Part shown: one piece after another, positions 9,434-19,188 of the stretch | How positions within the stretch are numbered: position 1 is the stretch's first letter | Layout of the letters: each line of letters starts with the position of its first letter | Assembly (NCBI GenBank): GCA_963796275.1 | Contig: CAWCKY010000006.1 | Location: forward strand, 672,001-736,000 | Direction of reading: 5' to 3' | Source of the DNA: an uncultured Acidobacteriota bacterium | Lineage (GTDB): Bacteria; Acidobacteriota; Blastocatellia; RBC074 | DNA length: 64,000 nt | Notes under the pieces: generated by a model | What the model was told of the DNA's origin: nothing | The model's database searches: none | What the model saw: only the letters and a program-made list of their open reading frames with translations | Position numbers and translations under genes: made by a program

Positions 9434-11965
9434 ATGAAATTCATCATCAACCTCGCTTATCGTGAAATGCGCGCCTCGTGGCACCGGCTGCTCTTCTTCT
9501 TCATCTGCATTGCCATCGGAGTGGGCTCGATCGTCAGCCTTCGTTCGTTAGTCCAGAACATCAGGACGGCTGTCGGGCGCGAATCGCGCTCGCTTCTGAC
9601 GGCGGACGTTCAGGTCTCCACCAATAATGCGTGGAACCCTGAAACCAGGGCGGTGATCGAGAAATACTTCCAGTCTCCGCTCGTCGAGGGACACACGGAA
9701 GTCATTGACACCATGACCATGATGCGTTCGCTCAATGAGATGATCGCCGCACCGAAGATGGTCGACGTGAAAGGCGTGCAGCGCCAATTCCCGTTTTACG
9801 GTGAGATGGTGCTGGGCGATGGACAGCGATTCTCTCACGACTTGTTCAAAGACCGAGGAGTTCTGGTCAAACCCAGCCTGCTCACCTCCCTCAATCTGAA
9901 GATCGGCGACAAGGTGAAGATCGGCACACTCGATTTTACAATCCGCGGCGTGATCGAGCGCGAACCGGGCAATACGATGAACGCCTTCACGCTGGCGCCC
10001 CGCGTCATGATCGATTATGACGATGCGACGGCGGCCGGATTGACCAATATGGGCAGCCGCGCTCGTTATCGCATCCTGTTCAAGACGCGCGAGGGGCAGA
10101 TGGAGCCTCTCTTCGAGCAGTTGCGCGGCGATCTTAAGTCGCAGCGGCTGGTCAACGTCCGGTCATTCCGTTACTCGCAGGACCGCCTCAGCGAATCGCT
10201 CACGCGCGTCGAAGATTACCTGAGCCTCATCGGGCTCGTCATTCTCGTCTTGGGAGGGATCGGCATTTCGAGCGTCACCCGTGTCTTCATACAACAGAAG
10301 ATGAAGACTATCGCTATCCTCAAATGCCTGGGCGGTAATAACCTGCGCGTGCTGGGAGCTTACCTCGCGCAGGTCCTCACGCTGGGGCTCGCCGGAAGCC
10401 TGCTCGGGTTGCTGCTTGCGCACATCTCCGCTCTTTTGTTGCCCAAATACCTGGCCGGCTTCATACCATTCAACGTCGAGTTCGGCTTGACCTGGCAGGC
10501 GTCGCTGCAGGGGCTCGGCCTGGGATTCATGATCGCATTGCTCTTCTCGCTCGTACCGTTGCTGGAGATTCGCCAGATCAGGCCGATTCTTGTGCTGCGC
10601 AGCCTCGCGCCGGAGAAGAAAATCCGGTTCGATTGGGTGAGGATCTTCGCCGGATTGATCGTCGTCATCTGTTTGCTGGCACTTGCAGGCTGGCAGGCCG
10701 GTTCCCTCAAAGTAGGCGGCATCTTCCTCGGAGGGCTCGTCAGCATGACGATCGTCCTGAATTGCGCGGCGACGGCATTGATCAAATTTTTACGCGGATT
10801 ACGACATATACCGTCTTTCGTACTGCGGCAGGGAATCAACAGCCTCTATCGCCCGGGCAACCAGACGCGGATCATCTTGATGGCAGTGGGACTGGGCGTC
10901 TTTCTCATAGTCGCCGTCCGTTCGCTGCAGCTCAATTTGCGCAACGAATTCAGCCTGGATCTCGACGCCGTCCGGGCAGACCTGTATATGATCGACATTC
11001 AGAAAGACCAGCGCAGCGGCGTCGAAGAGATCATCACGAAGTACACGGGAAAGCCGCCTCAGCTCATCCCGACCATCCGCGCGCGCATCGCCGCCATCAA
11101 TAACAACGAGGTCAATCTTGATCGCCTGCAGCCCAATGAGAATCGAGGTATGCTCGGGCGCGAATATATCCTGACTTATCGCCCCTACCTCGAGGATTAC
11201 GAAGAAATTCTCGCGGGCAAATTCTGGGATACTTCGCCGGGCGCTGAGCCGGAGGTCTCCATCGAGGAACTGCTGCACAACGAACTAAACTTGAATGTTG
11301 GCGATCTGATGACGTTTTCCATTCAGGGGCGCAAGGTTACGGCACGAGTCACCAGCATCCGTCGGGTAGACTGGCGCAATGCCCGCACGGGATTTCTCGT
11401 CGTCTTTCGGCCGGGGGCCCTCGATGAAGCGCCGGCCGTTTATATCAGTGCCATCAAAGGTCCAGCCCAAGCCAGCCAACGGTCGCAATTTCAACTCGAA
11501 TTGGTGGACCGTTATCCGAATATATCGGTGGTCGACGTACAGGACATCATCGAAACCGCGCGCGGCATTATCAACAATGTTATGCTCGCGGTAAGTTTTG
11601 TCGGCGGGTTCGTCCTTTTAAGCGGCCTCCTCATCCTGATCGGTTCGATCGCAATGACCAAATTTCACCGGCTCTACGAATCGGCGATTCTCAAAACTCT
11701 CGGGGCGAAAAAGAAGGTGATCGTTTTCACGCTCCTCATCGAGTATGGCATCCTGGGATTGCTCGCTGGGCTGCTCGGATCTGCCGCGGCCATCGCACTG
11801 ACCTGGGCGATAAGCGAGTATGCATTGAGGATCAGCTGGCAGATCATTCCCTCGGTCAATCTGATAGCTCTTGCGGCGACCTCGATTTTGGTGATATTGG
11901 TAGGCGTGCTTTCGAGCTGGGATGTCATGATTAAAAAGCCGCTGGGAATCTTACGATCCGAGTAA
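9434..11965 (+). CDS. ybbP: ABC transporter permease, FtsX/MacB type (YbbP-like)
   Basis: Two FtsX-like halves (IAILKCLG, AILKTLGA), about 840 aa, follows the ATPase. Confidence 0.85.
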   Translation: MKFIINLAYREMRASWHRLLFFFICIAIGVGSIVSLRSLVQNIRTAVGRESRSLLTADVQVSTNNAWNPETRAVIEKYFQSPLVEGHTEVIDTMTMMRSLNEMIAAPKMVDVKGVQRQFPFYGEMVLGDGQRFSHDLFKDRGVLVKPSLLTSLNLKIGDKVKIGTLDFTIRGVIEREPGNTMNAFTLAPRVMIDYDDATAAGLTNMGSRARYRILFKTREGQMEPLFEQLRGDLKSQRLVNVRSFRYSQDRLSESLTRVEDYLSLIGLVILVLGGIGISSVTRVFIQQKMKTIAILKCLGGNNLRVLGAYLAQVLTLGLAGSLLGLLLAHISALLLPKYLAGFIPFNVEFGLTWQASLQGLGLGFMIALLFSLVPLLEIRQIRPILVLRSLAPEKKIRFDWVRIFAGLIVVICLLALAGWQAGSLKVGGIFLGGLVSMTIVLNCAATALIKFLRGLRHIPSFVLRQGINSLYRPGNQTRIILMAVGLGVFLIVAVRSLQLNLRNEFSLDLDAVRADLYMIDIQKDQRSGVEEIITKYTGKPPQLIPTIRARIAAINNNEVNLDRLQPNENRGMLGREYILTYRPYLEDYEEILAGKFWDTSPGAEPEVSIEELLHNELNLNVGDLMTFSIQGRKVTARVTSIRRVDWRNARTGFLVVFRPGALDEAPAVYISAIKGPAQASQRSQFQLELVDRYPNISVVDVQDIIETARGIINNVMLAVSFVGGFVLLSGLLILIGSIAMTKFHRLYESAILKTLGAKKKVIVFTLLIEYGILGLLAGLLGSAAAIALTWAISEYALRISWQIIPSVNLIALAATSILVILVGVLSSWDVMIKKPLGILRSE

Positions 11966-12014
11966 TAAGAGCGGCGAGCGGTACTGATTGTTTCGTATAT
12001 CCATGGGAGAAATT

Positions 12015-13130
12015 ATGAAAAAATTCGGTCTCGCCGGTCTGTTATTTCTCCTGCTCTTTTCCCTAAGTCTTATAGGGCAACCGGGGCGTGAAGCTGCGGT
12101 GGAGGAGAAACACCTGCTTTATGTCGCTTCGCCCGGCATTCGCAATTACGTCGAATACGGCGGCGTCGGCATCCTGGTCTTCGATATAAAGCAGGGCTAC
12201 AAGTGGGTTAAACGGATTCCCACCTGGGACGTGCCTGAAGGGACGCCGGCGGAGAACATTAAGGGCATCGCGGCGAATCCAAAAACGGGCAAACTTTATC
12301 TCAGCACGCCCAAGCGGCTCGCCTGCTTCGATCTAATCAGTGAAAAGAAGGTTTGGGAGAAAGAGTACGAGGGTGGTTGCGACCGTATGGCTTTGTCGCC
12401 CGACGGTAAGAAATTGTTCGTGCCATCGTTTGAAGGACCGCACTGGAATGTCGTCGATGCTCTGAGCGGCGAAGTGATCAAAAAGATCGAGACCAATTCC
12501 GGTGCGCATAATACGATCTGTTCCCTCGACGGTTCATCGGCTTACCTCGCCGGACTGAAATCTCCTTTGCTGCCTGTGGTCGACACCAAGACTTATGAGA
12601 TCATCAAACGTGTCGGTCCGTTCAGTAATTCGATCCGCCCGTTCACGGTCAATGGCAGCCGAACCCTCGGTTTCGTCAATGTCAATGAACTTTTGGGGTT
12701 CGAGGTGGGAGATTTGACGTCGGGGAAAATGCTTCATCGGGTCGAAGTCTCGGGTTTCCAGATGGGAAAAGTGAAGCGTCACGGCTGCCCGAGCCACGGA
12801 ATCGGATTGACGCCGGATGAGAAAGAGCTGTGGCTCTGCGATGGGTTCAACGAGCGGATGCACATCTTCGATGCTGCCCAGATGCCGCCCAAGCAGATGA
12901 TGAGCATCAAACTGCGCGAGCAGCCCGGCTGGATATCATTCAGCCTCGATGGCAAGCACGCCTACCCGTCGACGGGCGAGGTAATCGATATCGAGAGCAA
13001 GCGAATAATCGCGGCATTAACCGATGAGACCGGCAGGCAGGTCCATAGCGAGAAGTTACTGGAGATCGTCTTCGCCAACGGCAAACCGGTTCGCAGCAGT
13101 GACCAATTTGGACTTGGGCGGAAGCGATGA
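12015..13130 (+). CDS. Secreted YncE-like beta-propeller protein
   Basis: Signal peptide; repeated blade motifs (MALSPDGKKLF, GLTPDEKELW, SFSLDGKHAY). Confidence 0.75.
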   Translation: MKKFGLAGLLFLLLFSLSLIGQPGREAAVEEKHLLYVASPGIRNYVEYGGVGILVFDIKQGYKWVKRIPTWDVPEGTPAENIKGIAANPKTGKLYLSTPKRLACFDLISEKKVWEKEYEGGCDRMALSPDGKKLFVPSFEGPHWNVVDALSGEVIKKIETNSGAHNTICSLDGSSAYLAGLKSPLLPVVDTKTYEIIKRVGPFSNSIRPFTVNGSRTLGFVNVNELLGFEVGDLTSGKMLHRVEVSGFQMGKVKRHGCPSHGIGLTPDEKELWLCDGFNERMHIFDAAQMPPKQMMSIKLREQPGWISFSLDGKHAYPSTGEVIDIESKRIIAALTDETGRQVHSEKLLEIVFANGKPVRSSDQFGLGRKR

Positions 13131-13165
13131 GATTTTCCGCTTAAAATATATATAGGGGGCTAAAC

Positions 13166-13801
13166 GTGAAATCGCCAAAAGTAATATTCGTTCTAATAAG
13201 CATACTCTGGTACTGTGCTGTCTGCCCGACTACCTACACAGCACCCGAACCGACGATGACAACTGACGAACGATCCAAAGTGATCAAATATTTGAAAGAT
13301 TCTCGGCAGGAGACGCTGGATGCGCTTGAGAAGTTGAGCGATGAACAGTTGAAATTTAAGGCGACGCCGGAAAAATGGTCGATCCTCGAAGTCGCCGAGC
13401 ATATTATGCTTGCCGAAGGGCTTCTCTTCGGCGCAGTTGATAGGGCCTTAGCGAACCAGCCCAATCCTGAATGGGAGACGAAGACGAAGGGCAAGACGGA
13501 GTTTCTTGAGAAAGCGATAGTCAGTCGTGATAGAAAAGTTCAGGCGCCCGAGGCCATCGTGCCTTCGGGCAAATTATCACGAGCCGAATTAATTGCAAAA
13601 TATAAAGAGGCTCGTGGAAAGACGTTGAAGTTTGCCGAAGAGACTCAGCTACCAGTGAAGTCTCATACTTTAGATCATCCGTTCCCGATATTCGGTACGC
13701 TGAACGCCTATCAGTGGCTGATCTATGTGCCGCTGCACAACATGCGCCACAACCAGCAGATTGCCGAAGTGAGATCGAACCCTAACTTCCCGAAGAACTG
13801 A
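13166..13801 (+). CDS. DinB-family (DinB_2) protein with N-terminal signal
   Basis: WSILEVAEH ... HNMRHNQQI His triad. Confidence 0.8.
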   Translation: MKSPKVIFVLISILWYCAVCPTTYTAPEPTMTTDERSKVIKYLKDSRQETLDALEKLSDEQLKFKATPEKWSILEVAEHIMLAEGLLFGAVDRALANQPNPEWETKTKGKTEFLEKAIVSRDRKVQAPEAIVPSGKLSRAELIAKYKEARGKTLKFAEETQLPVKSHTLDHPFPIFGTLNAYQWLIYVPLHNMRHNQQIAEVRSNPNFPKN

Positions 13802-13930
13802 TCGCAATTCTCCGGTTTTCACGGAAGCGCAGTCTTGCTGTTTTTTTGATCCGCTAACGATCGCTTTCCAAACAGACTCTAAACACAACAGCCAGCCGGG
13901 CTGGTAAGACCCTCCATTTTCAGCAGATTT

Positions 13931-13968
13931 ACGTGGCAGCCTGGGACAATCGCGAGGCAGGCTGCCAC
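13931..13968. promoter_or_regulatory. Candidate sigma-54 enhancer (bEBP binding sites) upstream of usp
   Basis: ACGTGGCAGCCTGGGAC is 16/17 identical to 17780-17796 upstream of sulP; inverted partner ending CTGCCAC. Confidence 0.6.
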
Positions 13969-14021
13969 GCGATTAAAACCGTTGCTCTTGATTGTCTTGG
14001 AGTTAGCGTTCGCAGCTCCGC

Positions 14022-14037
14022 AGGCATCATAGTTGCA
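14022..14037 (+). promoter_or_regulatory. Sigma-54 (-24/-12) promoter of usp
   Basis: AGGCATCATAGTTGCA: GG-N10-GC with TTGC, about 100 nt before the ATG. Confidence 0.6.
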
Positions 14038-14138
14038 AACTCGTAACACTGATATCAGACATCGAATCAGATGGAGATACCAAATCGCTACCTACGGCGA
14101 ATTTAAGAAAAGATTGTTGTGATTTGAAGATTTGAAGA

Positions 14139-15065
14139 ATGAAAATCCTGATCAGTTACGACGGTTCATATCACGCAAAAGCCGCGCTCAAAGATTTGCT
14201 TAAGGCCGGGCTGCCGGTCGAAGCTCAGGCGGTAGTAATATCCATACCTAAATTCTCCCTTGCGGAAAGCTCAAAATCTGAGAGGAATAGCCGAAAGGAA
14301 GGGCCGGGTTGTTCGGAAGAAGAGGTTGAAGACGCGGCGGCGATGGCCAAACAAGCGAGCGATATTATTCGGGAAAATTTTCCGGCCTGGGAAGTTCGCG
14401 CCGATCTGGCGGCAGGTTCAGCTGCCCGCGTGGTCGCGAAAAAGGCCAGGCAATGGGATCCTAACTTAATCGTGCTAGGTCTGCAGGACAGCGCGGAGTA
14501 TGGCCGCCCTTATTTCGGCGACGTCTCACGCCGCATCGCCATAGAAGCGAAATGCTCGGTTCGCCTGGCGCGCGGATTTAACGCCGAGACCGATGAAGCG
14601 CCGCGCGTTCTGCTATGCGTGGATGGCTCGCCTTATACTGAGGCGGCAGTTTACGCGGTCGCATCACGCGACTGGCCCAAAGGCACGGATGTACGGATCC
14701 TCACGGTGGTAAATCCGTTTGACTATTCAATCCCCGAGTTTTTGGATAAAGCTATTGAACGTGCCAAATCATTCCACCGCATTATCGCCAATGAACTTGA
14801 TCGCACCCCGGCCTTCATATCCTCCGTCGTCGAGAACGGAGAGCCGGAGAAGGTCATTCTGAGAATAGCCGAGGAGTGGAAACCTGATTGTATCTTTCTC
14901 GCTCCCCGAAAACGGAGCCGGTTCAGCCGTTATCTGTTGAGCGGGGTCACGGGAACCGTCGTGTCCCAGGCCAAATGTGCGGTCGAATTGACGCGCATCG
15001 TGAAGCCGGGTGACCATAACGATTCGTTTCTGCGCGCGCTCGCTACCTCGCCTGTCTTCGATTGA
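14139..15065 (+). CDS. Universal stress protein, tandem USP domains
   Basis: MKILISYDGS and RVLLCVDGS domain starts; GDVSRRIAIEAKCSV and SGVTGTVVSQAKCAV ends. Confidence 0.88.
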   Translation: MKILISYDGSYHAKAALKDLLKAGLPVEAQAVVISIPKFSLAESSKSERNSRKEGPGCSEEEVEDAAAMAKQASDIIRENFPAWEVRADLAAGSAARVVAKKARQWDPNLIVLGLQDSAEYGRPYFGDVSRRIAIEAKCSVRLARGFNAETDEAPRVLLCVDGSPYTEAAVYAVASRDWPKGTDVRILTVVNPFDYSIPEFLDKAIERAKSFHRIIANELDRTPAFISSVVENGEPEKVILRIAEEWKPDCIFLAPRKRSRFSRYLLSGVTGTVVSQAKCAVELTRIVKPGDHNDSFLRALATSPVFD

Positions 15066-15138
15066 TAGAGTGGAAGAAACTCACCGGAAACATTCCGCAA
15101 TCACAGCACACCACTCTTCCTCTACCGTACCAAGAAAA

Positions 15139-15213
15139 TGTTATTAGTTATTAGTTTTTAGTTATAGTTGCTGAACGAGACAGCTCAGCTAAAAACTAGA
15201 ACTGAAATTAACT
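15139..15213. repeat. Inverted heptamer arrays (TTATTAG/TTTTTAG)n ... (AAAAACT/GAACT)n
   Basis: tgttattagttattagtttttagttatagttgctg ... cagctaaaaactagaactgaaattaact. Confidence 0.6.
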
Positions 15214-15215
15214 GT

Positions 15216-15400
15216 TCTTCGCCGCGTTAGCGGCGGTTGATTGTAGCCGTGGGTTTTAACCCACGGAAGTCTTGAAGGATATTCCCGCGTCGCGTTAGCG
15301 ACGCCTGAATTCAACCGTCGCTGACGCGACGTGAAAAAATCTACCGCCACCGTGGGTTAAAACCCACGGCTACAATCAACCGCCGCTGACGCGGCGAAGA
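15216..15400. mobile_element. REP-doublet (REPIN-like) palindromic element
   Basis: 51-bp terminal inverted repeats (15216-15266/15350-15400, 1 mismatch) containing GTAG-CCGTGGGTTTTAACCCACGG; inner inverted pair CGTCGCGTTAGCGACG/CGTCGCTGACGCGACG. Confidence 0.8.
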
Positions 15401-15837
15401 GGCTTGCCGCTGACGCGGCGAAGAGGCTTGCCGCTGACGCGGCGAAGAGGCTTGCCGCTAACGCGGCGAAGAGGCTTGCCGCTAACGCGGCGAAGAGGCT
15501 TGCCGCTAACGCGGCGAAGAGGCTTGCCGCTAACGCGGCGAAGAGGCTTGCCGCTGACGCGGCGAAGAGGCTTGCCGCTGACGCGGCGAAGAGGCTTGCC
15601 GCTGACGCGGCGATGAGGCTTGCCGCTGACGCGGCGAAGAGGCTTGCCGCTGACGCGGCGATGAGGCTTGCCGCTGACGCGGCGAAGAGGCTTGCCGCTG
15701 ACGCGGCGATGAGGCTTGCCGCTGACGCGGCGAAGAGGCTTGCCGCTGACGCGGCGATGAGGCTTGCCGCTGACGCGGCGAAGAGGCTTGCCGCTGACGC
15801 GGCGAAGAGGCTTGCCGCTGACGCGGCGAAGAGGCTG
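15382..15837. repeat. Tandem array, 19 x 24 bp (GCCGCTGACGCGGCGAAGAGGCTT)
   Basis: Units counted directly; no spacers; units 4-7 carry TAAC, units 10/12/14/16 carry GATG. Confidence 0.97.
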
Positions 15838-15977
15838 ACCAGTCACAAAATATTATTGGTTTTTAGCCGCGTTGTGTGAACGGAGCATGACGCAAGTGGG
15901 GCGACACCAAATGGATGTGAGTAAAATTCATCCATTGCGCGCCGCCCTGTGCTGACGAACCGATCAAATCGAGCCGC

Positions 15978-17564
15978 TCAATCCCCGGACGCTTTCGCCA
16001 GAGCGATGTGTGCTTGAGTTTGACCGGCAGCTTCGCGCTTTTGATAACGTTGCTGCAGGTCTTCCCAGGGGACCGATGCCTGGCCTCCGCGAGCGATATG
16101 CTGTTTCCGCCAGTTCGCGATCAAGTCGAGACAGGCGTGGTCAATATAACTGAGAAGATCAACCTCAAGAACGACTTTTGTTCCCGACGGGATAGATTCC
16201 AGTGCCGCCGCCAGTTTGGGCAACCGGATGAATGTCGCGGCGCCGTTCAGGGAGACGGTCGTAACATTGTTCGGCGGCTCTGTCTGTATATTCACCTCGA
16301 GGTGAGAGAATGTGTAGAACAATTTGAGCAGAGCCAGTCCCAGCCCCGTTAACACGCCGAACAGCAGGTTCGTCGCCACGATGCCGACGACGGTGGCGAC
16401 GTAGATGGCGACTTCGGCCTTTCCATATGGCTTCAGTTCGCGCACGGCTTTCGGGGACACCAGCTTGAATCCGGTGTAGACCAGAATCGCGGCCAACGCC
16501 GTCGTCGGAATTTTGCCGAGCAGGGATGGCGCGAGCATAACCAGAACCAGAATCCACGTGCCGTGCATGATGGCTGACAAGCGCGTCTTAGCCCCCGCCT
16601 CGACGTTCGTCTTGCTGCGGACGATAACGCCAGTCATCGGCAGCGCTCCGACCAGCCCGCAGAGAGCGTTTCCAATCCCCTGCGCAAATAGCTCCCGGTT
16701 GTAATTCGTACGCTCGCCCTGATGCAAACGGTCAACGGCGGCGGCGGAAAGCAATGTTTCCGCGCTGGCGATAAAACACAGAGCCAGCGCTGATCCGATC
16801 ATGGAACCATTCAACATATTGCCCAGCGATTCCGCTGTCGGCATTCGAATGACGCTCAGCAGATCGCCGTCAATGTTGACGTATTTGATCGGCATCTGGA
16901 AGGCGGCTGACACGAACGTCATGAGCAAGACCGCGACGAGCGGCGCCGGGATGAGCTGCAGTTTTTTCGGCGTATAACTCCAGGCGAAGATGATTGCAAT
17001 CGTAATGATACCGACGAGCGCAGCCAGCTGATGCGACGAACCATCGGGCGGCACGAGGCCTTTGTAAATCGATGCGGGGATCGAGAACAGGTTCTGCAAC
17101 CCGGATCCCCGCGGGCCGTCGTCCACCAGGACGTGAAACTGGCTGGCTATGATCAATACGCCAATGCCCCCCAGCATGCCCTGAATTACCGCGGGCGAGA
17201 TGGCGCGAAACCATTGCCCCACCCGTGATACTCCCATGATCGCCTGAACTATCCCCGCGAATAACAGGATCGGCCCCAGCATCCCGATGCCGTGCTGGTT
17301 GATTATTTCCCAGACAAGCACGCTCAGCCCAGCCGCTGGACCGCTGACCTGTAATGGGCTGCCGCAAATAAAGCCGACTACGATCCCGCCAATTATCCCC
17401 GTGATCAAACCAAGTGCGGGAGGCGCACCGGAAGCAATGGCGATTCCCATGGACAAGGGAAGCGCGACAAGAAAAACTACGATTGAAGAGAGAAAATCTT
17501 TGATAAAAGTGGCGCGAAAATTTGTTTTGTTATTTGATTCTTTAACCGAACTTAGTCGAGTCAT
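15978..17564 (-). CDS. SulP/SLC26 family inorganic anion transporter
   Basis: VALPLSMGIAIASG, QVSGPAAG, SAETLLSA, PMTGVIVRS; C-terminal STAS-like domain. Confidence 0.92.
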   Translation of the reverse strand: MTRLSSVKESNNKTNFRATFIKDFLSSIVVFLVALPLSMGIAIASGAPPALGLITGIIGGIVVGFICGSPLQVSGPAAGLSVLVWEIINQHGIGMLGPILLFAGIVQAIMGVSRVGQWFRAISPAVIQGMLGGIGVLIIASQFHVLVDDGPRGSGLQNLFSIPASIYKGLVPPDGSSHQLAALVGIITIAIIFAWSYTPKKLQLIPAPLVAVLLMTFVSAAFQMPIKYVNIDGDLLSVIRMPTAESLGNMLNGSMIGSALALCFIASAETLLSAAAVDRLHQGERTNYNRELFAQGIGNALCGLVGALPMTGVIVRSKTNVEAGAKTRLSAIMHGTWILVLVMLAPSLLGKIPTTALAAILVYTGFKLVSPKAVRELKPYGKAEVAIYVATVVGIVATNLLFGVLTGLGLALLKLFYTFSHLEVNIQTEPPNNVTTVSLNGAATFIRLPKLAAALESIPSGTKVVLEVDLLSYIDHACLDLIANWRKQHIARGGQASVPWEDLQQRYQKREAAGQTQAHIALAKASGD

Positions 17565-17580
17565 ATTCTCCTCAGAAAAT

Positions 17581-17641
17581 AGTTTTTAGTATTCAGTTTT
17601 CGGCTGCTGGGTCGGCAACCGAAAACTGAACACTGAAAACT
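17581..17641. repeat. Inverted heptamer-array hairpin in the sulP 5' UTR
   Basis: agtttttagtattcagttttcgg ... ccgaaaactgaacactgaaaact. Confidence 0.65.
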
Positions 17642-17679
17642 TCACATACACCTCTCCCGAAGAAGCCGTGAGAGGAAGG

Positions 17680-17694
17680 GCAATCTGCGTGCCG
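17680..17694 (-). promoter_or_regulatory. Sigma-54 promoter of sulP
   Basis: Minus strand CGGCACGCAGATTGC, near-consensus TGGCACG-N4-TTGC. Confidence 0.72.
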
Positions 17695-17768
17695 ATATTT
17701 ACGAGATTGATGGGACTGGGTTTGTCTACGTTGGTGAGAGAGAAATCATAAAATCAGTTGTGGTTATT

Positions 17769-17796
17769 TTGCCACGTTGACGTGGCAACCTGGGAC
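17769..17796. promoter_or_regulatory. Candidate bEBP enhancer upstream of sulP
   Basis: Perfect palindrome TTGCCACGT-TG-ACGTGGCAA about 75-100 bp upstream of the -24 box; overlaps the motif shared with usp. Confidence 0.62.
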
Positions 17797-17817
17797 GGCG
17801 CCGGATTTTAGATGTGA

Positions 17818-19188
17818 TCAGTTTTCCTGAGGGCCAGGATCATTTTGGAATTCATCGAGTTTGCGATATAGGGTTTTGCGATCGAGGCCGAGCAATTCGG
17901 CGGTGCGCGTTTTATTGCCGCCGGTTTTCCGCAGCATTTCCAGGATGTAATCGCGCTCGACTTCGCGCAACGTAAGATCGCGATCGCTCGAGCGGGCGAT
18001 AAAGGCGGCGGCGGCGCCATGATTTTTCACGCGTTCCGGCAGTTCATCGGGTGTGAGCCTAGCCCCTGGCGCAAGAGTGACCGCGCGCTCGATGGCGTTT
18101 TCCAGCTCGCGCACATTCCCCGGCCACGAATAGGAGGTCAGAATCGCCAGCGTTTCCGGCAGAACATCGAGGGGTTGGCGGCCCAACGATTCGGCCAACT
18201 TGACGACGAAGTGTTCGACCAGCAGCGGAATATCGTACGGACGCTCGCGCAACGCGGGCAGGCGCATCTGAATGACATTCAAACGCCAGAACAGGTCTTC
18301 GCGAAAACGCCCTTCGCGCACTTCTTCTTCCAGATCACGATTGGTCGCGGCCACAACGCGCACATTGACTTGCTGTTCGGCGTTCGCCCCGACCCGGCGG
18401 ATTGTGCCTTCCTGCAAAGTACGCAATAGTTTCGGCTGCACGAGCAATGGCAGATCGGCGATCTCATCGAGAAAGATCGTTCCGCCGTCTGCCGTTTCAA
18501 AAAGCCCGGCTCGCGCCTGTTTGGCGCCGGTGAACGCCTGCCCCGTATGCCCGAACAGTTCCGACTCCATCAACTCCGCCGGAATCGCCGGACAATTGAT
18601 CGGGACGAACTGTCCAACCCGGCCAGATTGTTCGTGGATGGCTCGCGCCACCAGCTCTTTGCCGGTGCCGGATTCGCCGGTGATGAGCACCGTGCTGGAC
18701 CCTCCCGCGGCGCGCGCGATCAGATCGAGCAGTTTGCGCATCGGTAGCGAGGCGCCGATGATCCGCGTTTGCGCGGAATTTATTTCCCTGCGCATCCTCG
18801 TCTGTTCGCGCAGCAGGGCGGTGCGCTCCAACGCCTGCTCAACCGCGGACAACAACTCGCCGGCCTGAAATGGTTTGGTAATGTATTGATGCGCACCCGC
18901 CTTAACCATCTCGACGGCGTGCTCCACCGAACCGAAGGCGGTGATGACGATCACCGGCGCTTCGGCGCGAGCGGCGCGGACCGCGAAAAGAATTTCGTCG
19001 CCTTTGACGCCAGGCATTCGAACATCGGTGATCACCAGGTCGAGCATCTCGCGCTCATCCTTGATCACCTTCAAGGCCGCATGGGCATCGGAATGAGATA
19101 CGGTTTCGTAGCCGGTGTCTCCCAGAATTTCGCCCAGCATCTCCCGCATGTCATGGTCGTCTTCCACTATCAACACGCGCTCCTTCAT
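17818..19188 (-). CDS. Sigma-54-dependent response regulator (NtrC/AtoC family)
   Basis: REC domain (TDVRMP), [34 protein letters not shown], Fis-type HTH. Confidence 0.95.
   Translation of the reverse strand: MKERVLIVEDDHDMREMLGEILGDTGYETVSHSDAHAALKVIKDEREMLDLVITDVRMPGVKGDEILFAVRAARAEAPVIVITAFGSVEHAVEMVKAGAHQYITKPFQAGELLSAVEQALERTALLREQTRMRREINSAQTRIIGASLPMRKLLDLIARAAGGSSTVLITGESGTGKELVARAIHEQSGRVGQFVPINCPAIPAELMESELFGHTGQAFTGAKQARAGLFETADGGTIFLDEIADLPLLVQPKLLRTLQEGTIRRVGANAEQQVNVRVVAATNRDLEEEVREGRFREDLFWRLNVIQMRLPALRERPYDIPLLVEHFVVKLAESLGRQPLDVLPETLAILTSYSWPGNVRELENAIERAVTLAPGARLTPDELPERVKNHGAAAAFIARSSDRDLTLREVERDYILEMLRKTGGNKTRTAELLGLDRKTLYRKLDEFQNDPGPQEN

Noticed and set aside
15376-15879. 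Repetitive ORFs (PLRRVSGK)n, (LPLTRRRG)n, (RLAADAAK)n and a possible CRISPR array
   Set aside because: A 24-bp stop-free unit opens several frames automatically; no RBS, no unique spacers and no cas genes
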